This document shows, one piece after another, positions 29,013-38,900 of a DNA stretch of 64,000 bases. Numbering within the stretch: position 1 is the first letter of the stretch; each line of letters begins with the position of its first letter. The notes below the pieces were generated by a model. The model saw nothing but the letters and a program-made list of their open reading frames with translations. It was not told the DNA's origin and did no database searches. The position numbers and the translations under genes are program-made. Source of the DNA: an uncultured Burkholderiales bacterium (GTDB lineage: Bacteria; Pseudomonadota; Gammaproteobacteria; Burkholderiales; CAZDFJ01); NCBI GenBank assembly GCA_964504875.1, contig CAZDFJ010000010.1:1161-65160 (forward strand), read 5' to 3'.

Positions 29013-29040
29013 AAAAGCCCCCAAAATGGGGGCTTTTATT
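29013..29040. terminator. bidirectional terminator between purF and argG
   Basis: GCCCCC-aaaat-GGGGGC hairpin (29017-29033), flanked by A6 upstream and ttttattttt downstream. Confidence 0.85.
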
Positions 29041-29061
29041 TTTCAATAATAAATTATATTA

Positions 29062-30282
29062 TTATTTTTGACGTAAACGAGCTGCAATGCGCATTCTTAA
29101 GGCATTTAATTTGATAAAGCCGGCGGCATCTGCTTGATGATACGCCCCTGCATCATCTTCAAATGTTGCAATATTGGCATCAAATAAAGAATCTGTTGCA
29201 GATTCACGGCCGACCACAATGACATTACCTTTGTATAATTTTAATCGCACCAAACCATTGACATTTTGTTGTGAAAAATCAACCATTTGTTGCATCATTT
29301 GGCGTTCTGGACTCCACCAGTAACCGTTATAAATCAAAGAAGCATAACGCGCAATGAGTTCATCTTTCAAATGCGCGACTTCACGATCCAATGTAAGCGA
29401 TTCTATCGCTCGATGGCCTTTCAGCATAATGGTGCCGCCCGGTGTTTCATAGCAGCCGCGCGATTTCATCCCAACATAACGGTTTTCAACCAAATCTAAA
29501 CGTCCAATCCCGTGTTTAGAACCTAATTGATTTAATTTGAGCATGACATTAGCAGGACTGAGATTTTCGCCATTGATCGCGATAATATCCCCTTTTTGAT
29601 AAGTCAATTCGATATATTCTGCTTCGTCAGGAGCGGCTTCTGGAGAAACACTCCAACGCCACATGCTTTCTTCAGGTTCGGCTGCTGGATTTTCTAAAAT
29701 ACCGCCTTCATAAGAAATATGCAATAAATTAGCATCCATGCTGTAAGGAGAACCGCCGCCTTTTTTCTTCTCAATATTAATGCCGTGGGTTTCCGCATAT
29801 TTGAGTAATTTTTCACGGGAGGTCAAGTCCCATTCACGCCAAGGCGCGATAACATGAATATTGGGTTCTAAAGCATAATAACCCAATTCAAAACGCACTT
29901 GATCATTACCCTTGCCAGTGGCGCCATGTGACACAGCATCTGCATGGGTTAAGTGAGCAATTTCAATTTGACGTTTTGCAATCAAAGGACGCGCAATACT
30001 CGTTCCTAATAAATATTCGCCTTCATAAATAGCGTTGGCACGGAACATTGGAAAGACAAAATCGCGCGCGAATTCTTCCCGTAAATCATCAATAAAAATC
30101 TCTTGCACGCCCATTTTCTGGGCTTTTTCGCGTGCAGGTTCGACTTCTTCACCTTGACCAATATCCGCCGTGAACGTGACTACTTCACATTGGTATTCAT
30201 CTTGCAACCATTTTAAAATGACAGAGGTGTCTAAACCGCCTGAGTAGGCTAAAACAACTTTTTTAATTTGACTTTTGCTCAT
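29062..30282 (-). CDS. argG: argininosuccinate synthase
   Basis: N-terminal ATP-binding [11 protein letters not shown] and a full-length type-I ArgG pattern ([13 protein letters not shown]). Confidence 0.95.
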   Translation of the reverse strand: MSKSQIKKVVLAYSGGLDTSVILKWLQDEYQCEVVTFTADIGQGEEVEPAREKAQKMGVQEIFIDDLREEFARDFVFPMFRANAIYEGEYLLGTSIARPLIAKRQIEIAHLTHADAVSHGATGKGNDQVRFELGYYALEPNIHVIAPWREWDLTSREKLLKYAETHGINIEKKKGGGSPYSMDANLLHISYEGGILENPAAEPEESMWRWSVSPEAAPDEAEYIELTYQKGDIIAINGENLSPANVMLKLNQLGSKHGIGRLDLVENRYVGMKSRGCYETPGGTIMLKGHRAIESLTLDREVAHLKDELIARYASLIYNGYWWSPERQMMQQMVDFSQQNVNGLVRLKLYKGNVIVVGRESATDSLFDANIATFEDDAGAYHQADAAGFIKLNALRMRIAARLRQK

Positions 30283-30397
30283 AATGTTTTTTTTACAATA
30301 TAAAAATGAAAATCACACACAACACAAATGGTGTGCCTTCAGCAGGTATTATAACGCGTCTTTCACAAAGGCGTCTAATTTTACAAATTGACTTAAA

Positions 30398-31498
30398 TTA
30401 TTCCATTAATTTGAGGAGTTTGGCATAAGCTTGTTCAAATTGTGCTAATCCCTCACGTTGTAATTGTTCCCCAATAATATCTAAATCTAAACCAAGACGC
30501 GCGATGCGGGCATGTTGTTCGGCGGCCGCCTCAAATTCTTCGGGTGTATTTAATACTAAGCGAGCCGTTCCATGATCGCGAAAGGCATTTAACGTTGCAT
30601 CAGGAACAGTGTTGACAGTTTGAATTGCAATTAATTCTTCAATATATTTGACATCAGAATAGGCTGGGTTTTTCGTACCAGTACTTGCCCAAAGTAACCA
30701 TAAAGGCCGCGCATGAGCGGCATGACAATGTGACCATGTCGGCGCAGTTACTGAAAAGAGATCTTGATAACGTTGATAAGCCAATTTTGCAATATTCACA
30801 GCTGTTTTACCGTATAAATCCTGGACTTTTTCTGGATCAAAGCGGGCAAATTCTTTGTCAACAAGGGTGTCTACACGGCTTAAAAAATAACTCGCGACCG
30901 CTTTGACTGCACGCGGGGATTTTCCTTGACTAATCAATTGTTTAATCCCGCGTAAATAGGCTTGCGCGACGCCTTCAGTGTGCTTGAGTGAAAAAACTAA
31001 GGTCGCATTCACAGAGACCCCTCGACTGATTAAAATTTCCATTGCTTTTAAACCACTGACCGTGGCAGGAATTTTAATCATCAAATTAGGACGATGAATT
31101 TCATCCACAAAACGCAAGGCATTTTCGACTGTGCCATCAACATCGTGGGCTAAATTAGGGGAAACTTCCAAACTGACCCACCCATCTTCTCCATTTGAAT
31201 TTTCGAATTGAACCAAATTGAGATCACAGGCTTTTTTAATGTCAGGAATAATTAAGGACTCATAGCGCGCTTCTAAGTCGTCTAGTTCGACGCGCAGGGC
31301 GTCTAATTGCGCTTGATAAGCAATATCATCTCGAATTGCATTATAAAAAATACTTGGATTAGAAGTGACGCCGGCAATGCCATCCTCTTCAATCAAACGA
31401 GTCAGCGCCCCACTTTCGAGTAAGGATCGAGAAAGATTATCGAGCCAAAGGCGTTGTCCCAATGATTTAACCGCAAGTAATTGATTGATTGTTGTCAT
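30398..31498 (-). CDS. tal: transaldolase
   Basis: 366 aa with LWLDNLSR, TSNPSIF and the Schiff-base lysine context MIKIPAT. Confidence 0.85.
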   Translation of the reverse strand: MTTINQLLAVKSLGQRLWLDNLSRSLLESGALTRLIEEDGIAGVTSNPSIFYNAIRDDIAYQAQLDALRVELDDLEARYESLIIPDIKKACDLNLVQFENSNGEDGWVSLEVSPNLAHDVDGTVENALRFVDEIHRPNLMIKIPATVSGLKAMEILISRGVSVNATLVFSLKHTEGVAQAYLRGIKQLISQGKSPRAVKAVASYFLSRVDTLVDKEFARFDPEKVQDLYGKTAVNIAKLAYQRYQDLFSVTAPTWSHCHAAHARPLWLLWASTGTKNPAYSDVKYIEELIAIQTVNTVPDATLNAFRDHGTARLVLNTPEEFEAAAEQHARIARLGLDLDIIGEQLQREGLAQFEQAYAKLLKLME

Positions 31499-32103
31499 AA
31501 TAAACCTTATTTTTAATTTCTTTTGTGAAAAGCATTAATTTATGATTTTTGGTACAATAAAGCAAGCTGATTTGTCCCTCAGAATTTATTTAGCCTGCCT
31601 TTGTTTATTCTATACATTTATATTGTATAATAAAAATTCAAGAATTTGAAAGATTTATCCTTTTATCATAAAAATTTAAAATTGATGTTTTTCTGCAAGA
31701 AGAGGCGTATCTTAGAAAAGATAAGTCTTTGATATCTATGTAAAGCCTTTTTAGGCGTGTTCTTTTTTATTAAATCTATTTTGTGATAACGATTAGCATT
31801 GCGTTTAAAAAATTGTTTATAACAGTGTTTTAATTGATTGATTTTTTTTCAGAATAGAAAAAAAGCAAGGGCTTCGAAAGGAATTGACTGTGTGGTCAGT
31901 TAAACGCCCACAAAAAAGCGAACCTATTGAAAGCTTCCTTTTTTTTTGATAGTTTTTCAAATATGAAAAAGAGGAGATTAATCTGTTTAGCACAGGCTTG
32001 CTTGAATATCATTGTATAAAGAAGGCAGTTATGCTACTATTTCGCATCGATAATAGAAGATAGCCTTGTAAAAATCTTTAAAAATGATAGAAAATGAGCA
32101 AGG

Positions 32104-32772
32104 ATGGAAGATAAATATATTCATATAACCAGCCAACAAGTGGCACGCTTTCTTGAAAAATATCCTGAGTTTTTTGAAGAACATGCGACATTATTAGCTA
32201 ATTTACGGATCCCAGATCGGCACGGGGGTCGGGCGATTTCATTATTAGAACGCCAAGTCATTTTGTTGCGAGATAAAACTATTCTACTTGAAGAAAAATT
32301 AGCGGAATTGATTTATTTTGCAGAAGAAAATGATCAATTGCATGAAAAAATGCATCGTTTGACATTGAGTTTGATGAGTGTTCGCGATCGGGCAATTTTA
32401 TTTAAATTTATTGAACAAGAACTCAAAGAAATTTTTCAATTAGATGCGGTTTCCTTGAAAGTATGGGGCCATTTAGTGCATCCGCATGAGGCAGTTGTAG
32501 AACCCAGCATTCCACAATTAAATTTTGCAAATCAATTACATAAGCCCCTTTGTGGCCGACAAATTGGGATTGATCCCGCCGAACTTTTTGCCGATCCAGA
32601 TCGCTTGAAATCATTTGCCTGCGTGGGCTTAAAACATCAAACAACCCAAGGCATTTTGTCGTTTGGAAGTCATTTAGCTGAGCATTATCATCCTCAAATG
32701 GATACGCTTTATTTAAAACGAATGGGCGAATTAATTACAGAAACCTTGCTGCGTTTTGCCTTTAAAAAATAA
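32104..32772 (+). CDS. DUF484 family protein (YigA-like)
   Basis: 222 aa. N-terminus VARFLEKYPEFFEEHATLL ... ISLLERQVILLRDK plus a C-terminal GAF-like part, the typical DUF484 layout. Confidence 0.7.
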   Translation: MEDKYIHITSQQVARFLEKYPEFFEEHATLLANLRIPDRHGGRAISLLERQVILLRDKTILLEEKLAELIYFAEENDQLHEKMHRLTLSLMSVRDRAILFKFIEQELKEIFQLDAVSLKVWGHLVHPHEAVVEPSIPQLNFANQLHKPLCGRQIGIDPAELFADPDRLKSFACVGLKHQTTQGILSFGSHLAEHYHPQMDTLYLKRMGELITETLLRFAFKK

Positions 32773-32806
32773 TAGCTTATCTCATAATCTTATAGTCAAA
32801 TAAAAA

Positions 32807-32830
32807 AAGAGAAGGAATTGACCTTCTCTT
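32807..32830. terminator. terminator between convergent DUF484 and acetyltransferase genes
   Basis: AGAGAAGG-aattga-CCTTCTCT hairpin (32808-32829). The upstream A7 run gives a good U-run on the minus strand; the plus-strand tail is weaker. Confidence 0.7.
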
Positions 32831-32862
32831 TGTGCTATTTCTATTTCATTGAAGCAATTCGA

Positions 32863-35544
32863 TTATAGATCTTTGACAACAATTTTGATTGCAGAATCTT
32901 CAAGACTCGTCGTAATAGAAAATCCCAAATGTGTCATGAGCTTAAGCATGCCGTGATTATTACTGAGCACTTCACCTTCAATAGTCCGTAATCCTTTGAC
33001 ACGAGCCGCATCCATAATGCTTAACATCAGTTTTGCGCCTAATCCTTGCCCTTGATAATGATCACTCACAACCAAAGCAAATTCACAACTCCGTCCATCT
33101 GGATTAATCGCATAACGACTCACGCCAATAATAGTATCCTGATGCATGTCATTTTGTGTCACCGCGACTAAGGCCATTTCCCGATCGTAATCAATTTGTG
33201 TAAAACGAACGAGCATTTTTGGCGTTAATTCATTCATGGTGTCCATAAAACGAAAATATTTAGATTCTTCAGAAAGATCTCGAATAAACTCTTGTTCCAT
33301 TTCAGCATCTTCTGGACGAATCGGGCGAATTTCCATCGGAGCCCCATTTTGTAAATGCATCCGGCGGACCAAATGGGTTGGATACGGACAAATTGCCATG
33401 TGAGAATAACGATCGGGCGAAGATAATTTTTGATAATCAATCACAATTCGGGCATCTAATGCCAAGGCGCCGTCTTCATCCACAATCAATGGATTAATAT
33501 CCATTTCTCGTAACCATGGTAATTCACATATCATTTCAGACACCCGTAATAAAACATTTTCTAAAGCATTTAAATTTGCTTCTGGGAGGTGTCTAAAATT
33601 CCGTAAAAGGCGGACAACTCGTGTCCGTTCAATGAGATTCCGCGCTAAATAATGATTTAATGGCGGTAAGGTTACAGCCCGATCACCTAAAACTTCAATA
33701 GTCGTGCCTCCCGCCCCAAAAACAATCACAGGTCCAAAAATTGGGTCGGTACTGACGCCCACCATAAGCTCACGGCCATTAGGCTTATTGCTCATGGGTT
33801 GAATCGAAACCCCGTTGACTTTCGCATCTGGACGATTTCGTTGGACTTCTTGAATCATTTCATTGAAGGCTAAACGCACATTCAGTGCAGATTTTATATT
33901 CAAGCGGACGCCGCCAACATCAGATTTATGCTGAATATCTGGCGAATTAATTTTCATGGCTACAGGAAAACCTAATTGTTCCGCAATCATAATGGCTTCA
34001 TTTGGGGAATAGGCCACCATTGTTTTTGCAATTGGAATCCGGAAAGCAGCTAATAATGCTTTTGATTCCATTTCTGTTAAGACGCGGCGACGTTCAGACA
34101 GAACACTTTCAATCAAAAGCCGCGCGCCTTCTACGTCAGGCATTGTGTAATCAGAAAGTGGGCCGGGCGTTTGCATTAACAATTGTTGATTTTGATAATA
34201 GGCAGAAATATAAGAAAAAGCTTCCACCGCTGGCTCGGGTGTCCGGAAATTCGGAACGCGTGCATGCGCTAACATTGCGCGACTTTCGGCCACTTGGCGC
34301 TCTCCCATAAAACACACAAGAAGCGGTTTACGATATTGGGAGCTTAATGTCAACATAATTTCAGCGACTTCTGTGGGAGCCAACGTTGCTTGTGGCGTAA
34401 CGATGACTAACACGCCATCTACGTTTTGATCTTCCATTGCAGCAATTACCGTTTTTTGGTAACGGACGGGCGTCGCATCCATGACAATATCAATTGGATT
34501 TCGGCGGGACCAAAGTTGCGGTAAGGCTTGATTGAGTTTCTCAATGGTCGCTTCGGAAAGTTCTGCGACTCGCACCCCTAAATCCGTCGCCCGATCAGCA
34601 GCCATCATACCCGGGCCGGTTCCATTCGTAATAATAGCTAAACGGTTTCCGCAGGGACGATAACCTGAAGAAAGCGTTTTTGCTGCTGAAAATAATTGCA
34701 TAAAACTTTGTACACGGACCGCCCCCGCGCGGCGCAAGGCTGCATCAAAAACATCGTCCATCCCAACTAAAGTGCCCGCATGGGTCATTGTAGATTGGAA
34801 ACTGGGTAAATGCCGCCCTGATTTTAATACAATAACGGGTTTAATTCGTGCAGCCGCCCGCAAAGAACTTAAAAAATCACGAGAATTATGAATGCCTTCA
34901 ATATAGAGTAAAATACTTTCTGTATAAAAGTCGGCAACAAGATAGTCTAAGATTTCGCCAAATTGAACATCGCTTCCCGCGCCCAAGGCAATCACGCTAG
35001 AGAAACCAACATCATTGTGTTCTGCCCAATCTAAAATAGCATTGCATAATGCCCCAGATTGTGACACTAAGGCTAAATTTCCTGTTTTTGCTTTAACATG
35101 ACTAAACGTTGCATTTAAGGCTAAATTAGGACGCATGATCCCGATAGAGTGCGGCCCCAATAAACGAATTTTAAAACGATGGGCTTGTTCAGTAATCGCT
35201 TGCTGTAATGCATGCCGTACATTCAGTGGATTATAACCAGAAGAAATTAACACAGCAGAACGAACGGCTTTGAGTCCACATGATTCTAAAATTGCAGGCG
35301 TTTCTTTTAATGTGGAGCATACAATAGCTAATTCTGGAGATTTCGTTAATTCAGCAGCATCAGGATAGGTTTTAATCCCAAAAACTTCTTCAGCTTTGTT
35401 GTAGATAATAAAGATTTCGCCTTTATACCCTGCATCAATAATATTTTTTAAAACAATATGTCCGACGGATTTTTCGTCTTCTTGATAGCCAAAAAACACC
35501 AGTGAATTTGGTGCAAATAAACTGCGTAAATAGTGTTGTCCCAT
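32863..35544 (-). CDS. Pat/PatZ-like protein acetyltransferase (ADP-forming acyl-CoA synthetase-like domains fused to C-terminal GNAT)
   Basis: 893 aa. N-terminal CoA-binding, succinyl-CoA-synthetase-like and ATP-grasp regions, then a C-terminal GNAT (YQGQGLGAKLM). AGAGG SD lies 5 nt upstream of the ATG. Confidence 0.85.
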   Translation of the reverse strand: MGQHYLRSLFAPNSLVFFGYQEDEKSVGHIVLKNIIDAGYKGEIFIIYNKAEEVFGIKTYPDAAELTKSPELAIVCSTLKETPAILESCGLKAVRSAVLISSGYNPLNVRHALQQAITEQAHRFKIRLLGPHSIGIMRPNLALNATFSHVKAKTGNLALVSQSGALCNAILDWAEHNDVGFSSVIALGAGSDVQFGEILDYLVADFYTESILLYIEGIHNSRDFLSSLRAAARIKPVIVLKSGRHLPSFQSTMTHAGTLVGMDDVFDAALRRAGAVRVQSFMQLFSAAKTLSSGYRPCGNRLAIITNGTGPGMMAADRATDLGVRVAELSEATIEKLNQALPQLWSRRNPIDIVMDATPVRYQKTVIAAMEDQNVDGVLVIVTPQATLAPTEVAEIMLTLSSQYRKPLLVCFMGERQVAESRAMLAHARVPNFRTPEPAVEAFSYISAYYQNQQLLMQTPGPLSDYTMPDVEGARLLIESVLSERRRVLTEMESKALLAAFRIPIAKTMVAYSPNEAIMIAEQLGFPVAMKINSPDIQHKSDVGGVRLNIKSALNVRLAFNEMIQEVQRNRPDAKVNGVSIQPMSNKPNGRELMVGVSTDPIFGPVIVFGAGGTTIEVLGDRAVTLPPLNHYLARNLIERTRVVRLLRNFRHLPEANLNALENVLLRVSEMICELPWLREMDINPLIVDEDGALALDARIVIDYQKLSSPDRYSHMAICPYPTHLVRRMHLQNGAPMEIRPIRPEDAEMEQEFIRDLSEESKYFRFMDTMNELTPKMLVRFTQIDYDREMALVAVTQNDMHQDTIIGVSRYAINPDGRSCEFALVVSDHYQGQGLGAKLMLSIMDAARVKGLRTIEGEVLSNNHGMLKLMTHLGFSITTSLEDSAIKIVVKDL

Positions 35545-35941
35545 AACGACCTCTTTGAATAAAAAACAGCAAGCGCAACTTGCTATGTATTTTATATGAT
35601 GCCATCATGAAAAAATACATCTATTTGCGAATTTTAGTGTAATTTTTAATATTTCTGTATTCATGGCGAAAACGAGGTTTGAAAAAACACATTTTTAGGA
35701 AGAGACTTTTAGAAAAATGAAAATACACTAGACACATTGATTTTATAAACAGTTGTGATATTTTAAAAGTTATGTGTGCTGGAATGAATGAAATTATTTT
35801 GCGCGGAAAAAGACGCAATAAGCTTTAGTTTTAAATAAAAAATATAGGAAGAGGACTTCATTGATATCAAAAAGCGGGCGAAACGCCCCCTTTATTTATC
35901 AAAAACGGGGCTGAAAATCAAAAAATCGAATGATTTAAAAC

Positions 35942-38900
35942 GTGCTACAATCAAAACGATGTGTTTATTTAAAAATATTGAAAGCAAATAAATGGAGCAG
36001 ACCGTTGGATGATCAGGCTTTTCTAAAAAATTTAGTTGATGTTTTTCCGAATCCTGTTTTGATTATGGAGCCAACAGGTCACTATTTGTGGGCAAATCTG
36101 TCGGCATGTACACTTTATGGGGTGACATTAGACAAATTAGTGTGCCAAACGGAAGCTGATTTTTTTACGCCAGAAGAGTCCACACGATTAGATTATGGCA
36201 CCCAAACAGTTTATACAATGGCACAAGCTTGGTCTGCTCTTGTCCCATTTTGCTCTTCCACAGGCGAAATCACGCCCTTTCTCTTTCATAAAACATTGTT
36301 AGTTTTACCGAGTACCAAAAAAGTGATTTTGGTGAGTCTCTGTAAAAGCGAGAGGCCTTCGCCGCGCTCTCCTGTCAAAAATGAACCTTTTTTTCAAACA
36401 TTACTGGAAGTCGGGCAAGATTGGTTATGGGAAATTGATTTAAATTTTCGCTTTGTTTATAACAGTCCTCAAGTTGAAAAAATTCTGGGGCATCCCCCCC
36501 AATCATTACGTTCTTATTTGTTTTTTGATTTATTAGATCCTTCTTGTATTGCTCGGATCCAGCATGTTTTTCTTGCTTTAGGCCATCATCGAGAAAATGC
36601 GCTTGCTAAAACGATCGAAATTTGTTTTAAACATCGGAATCAATATGCTGTTTATGCAGAGGTCACAATTTTAGCAATTTTAGATGAAAATCGTCATTGT
36701 GTTGGCTATCGCGGGGCGATTCATGATGTGACGCATCAACGCCAATCTGAAAAAACCTTGCGAGCTCAGCTTGATTTTATTCAGCTCGTAATTGATACCT
36801 TACCCCAACCTGTTTTTTTTAAAGACAATGAAGGTGTCTATTTAGGATGTAACCATGCTTTTTGTGATATTTTGGGGGTCAAAGACGCGGAAGAGTTAAT
36901 TGGAAAAGACACAAAAACAGTGTGGGCACATGATGATATTCACGAAATTGAACAGCATGATGCAGAAATTTTAGTGCAGAAAAAAACGCTGATTTCTGTA
37001 GAAACACAACTGACTTTTGCAGATGAAATTAAGCATTATGTTTTAATTAATAAAGCCCCCTTTTTTGATGTAAAAGGACGGGTTGCTGGTATTGTAGGCG
37101 TCATTACTGACATGACGACCTTGGCTAATGCCAAAAAAATGATTTCAGAAAAAACAAATTTTCTTGAAAAAGTCATTGAAAATTTACCTATTGGCATTTT
37201 TGCAAAAGATCCCAATCAAAATCTTGCCTTCACTATTTGGAATGCGCATATGGAAAAGATCTTTGGCGTGAAACGCGAAGAGATCTTAGGTAAAACTGAT
37301 TTTGATCTTTTTGAAAATAAAGAAGAAGCGCATTATTATCAAGAAATTGATCAAGCGGTCATGGGGGATGCAGAAATTGTTGAAATTCCCGAAGAATATG
37401 TTTCTATTGGCAATAGTTATATTATTTCACATACCCGAAAAGTTCCGATTTTCAACAAAAATGGCGAGCCTGAAATTTTATTGGGCATTTTGCAGGACAT
37501 CACTGAACGGCGACGGACCGAAGCAGAATTAGAAAAACATCGAGAGCATTTAGAAGAACTTGTTGCAGAACAAACGGGGGCCTTGCGTGAGGCGAAAGAC
37601 AAAGCCGAAGCGACTGCCAAATCTTTAGCAGAAACAGAAATGAAGTTTCGTAGTATTGTCGAGCAATCTTTAGTCGGCATTTATATTTTCCAGCAGGACC
37701 ATTTGGTTTATGTGAATCCAGGTTTGAGAAAGTTGCTGGGTTATACTAATGAAGAATTGCTTTATCAAGATATTCGTCCTTATATTCATCCTGCCTCGCG
37801 CCGGCGTGTTGTCCGCTATATGTCAAAACAACTACGTGGCCAACAAAATCATGTTCAATATACACTCCAAATACAACATAAAAAAGGTCATTATATCGAT
37901 CTAGAAGTCTATGGTTCAGTTGTCACATATAATGATGAACAAGCTTTGATTGGGGTCACACTTGATACAACTGAACGTAATCGTATCGAAAATGAACTGC
38001 GGGCTAGTGAACAACGTTTTAAAATTTTAGTTGAACAAGCTTTTGATGGTTTTTATTTACATACGCTTGATACAGGCCGCTTTCTTGAAATTAATCAAAC
38101 AGCGTGTGAACAAACCGGATATGGTCGGGATGAATTGCTTCAACTTTCGGTTTTTGATGTCGAAGTAGGTTTTTCACCTCAACAAATTGAAGCTTTATTT
38201 AAAAATTTAAATATTTTACAAATGGGCACGCCTTTAACCATTGAAGGGCAAATGCGTCATAAAAAAGGACAGCATTTTCCTATAGAAGTCAGAACGGGAG
38301 CCTTAATCCTAAATGGTCAACGACTTGGATTATCTTTAGTTCGTGATATTACAGAAAGAAAATTACAAGAAGCGCGTTTAAAAGCCATTTTTGAAAATGC
38401 CGCGATTGGAATCGCCCTCATTGATTCACAAGGTTATTATATTCAAGTGAATCAACATTGGGCAGAAATGCTGGGTTATTCAGTTCAAGAATTACTAAAA
38501 ATTCACAGTATGGAAATTACCCATCCAGAAGATGTGGATCCCAGCTTGGAATTTATCCGTCAAATGCGGACTGGGGAAATTGAATCCTATCGTTTTGAAA
38601 AACGCTTTTATAGAAAGGATCGTTCAACAATATGGTGCGATCTTTCTGTCACGCCTATTTATGGACCTGATCATACTTTATTGTCAATGGTCGGCTTAAT
38701 TGTCGATATTACTGAACGTAAATCGTTTGAACAGCGGATTCATTACTTAGCTTATCACGATTCATTAACGAGTTTACCCAATCGGCTCAACTTGCAGGAA
38801 AAAATCACTGAAATTGTTCAAAAAGCAAGTTCTGAAAATTTACTACTGGCTATTTTATTTTTAGATTTAGATCGTTTCAAAACGATCAATGACTCTTTAG

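Noticed and set aside
31860-31947. Possible small RNA ending in a T9 run (31939-31947) in the tal / DUF484 spacer.
   Set aside because: No stable GC-rich hairpin comes directly before the T-run; only 3-5 bp pairings are possible. There is a single GGA motif, so it is not Rsm/Csr-like. There are no supporting promoter elements.
31963-32063. Tiny ORFs in the DUF484 upstream region: MKKRRLICLAQACLNIIV (18 aa) and MLLFRIDNRR (10 aa, with a GAAGG SD).
   Set aside because: They are too short and unsupported. Frames like these are expected by chance in 600 bp. They would only be worth revisiting if ribosome profiling data existed.
35435-35818. Two minus-strand ORFs of 61 and 65 aa in and around the AT-rich spacer upstream of the Pat-like gene.
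   Set aside because: The products are low-complexity and rich in Phe/Lys/Ile, as expected from translating AT-rich DNA. There is no SD, and one overlaps the Pat-like 5' end out of frame.
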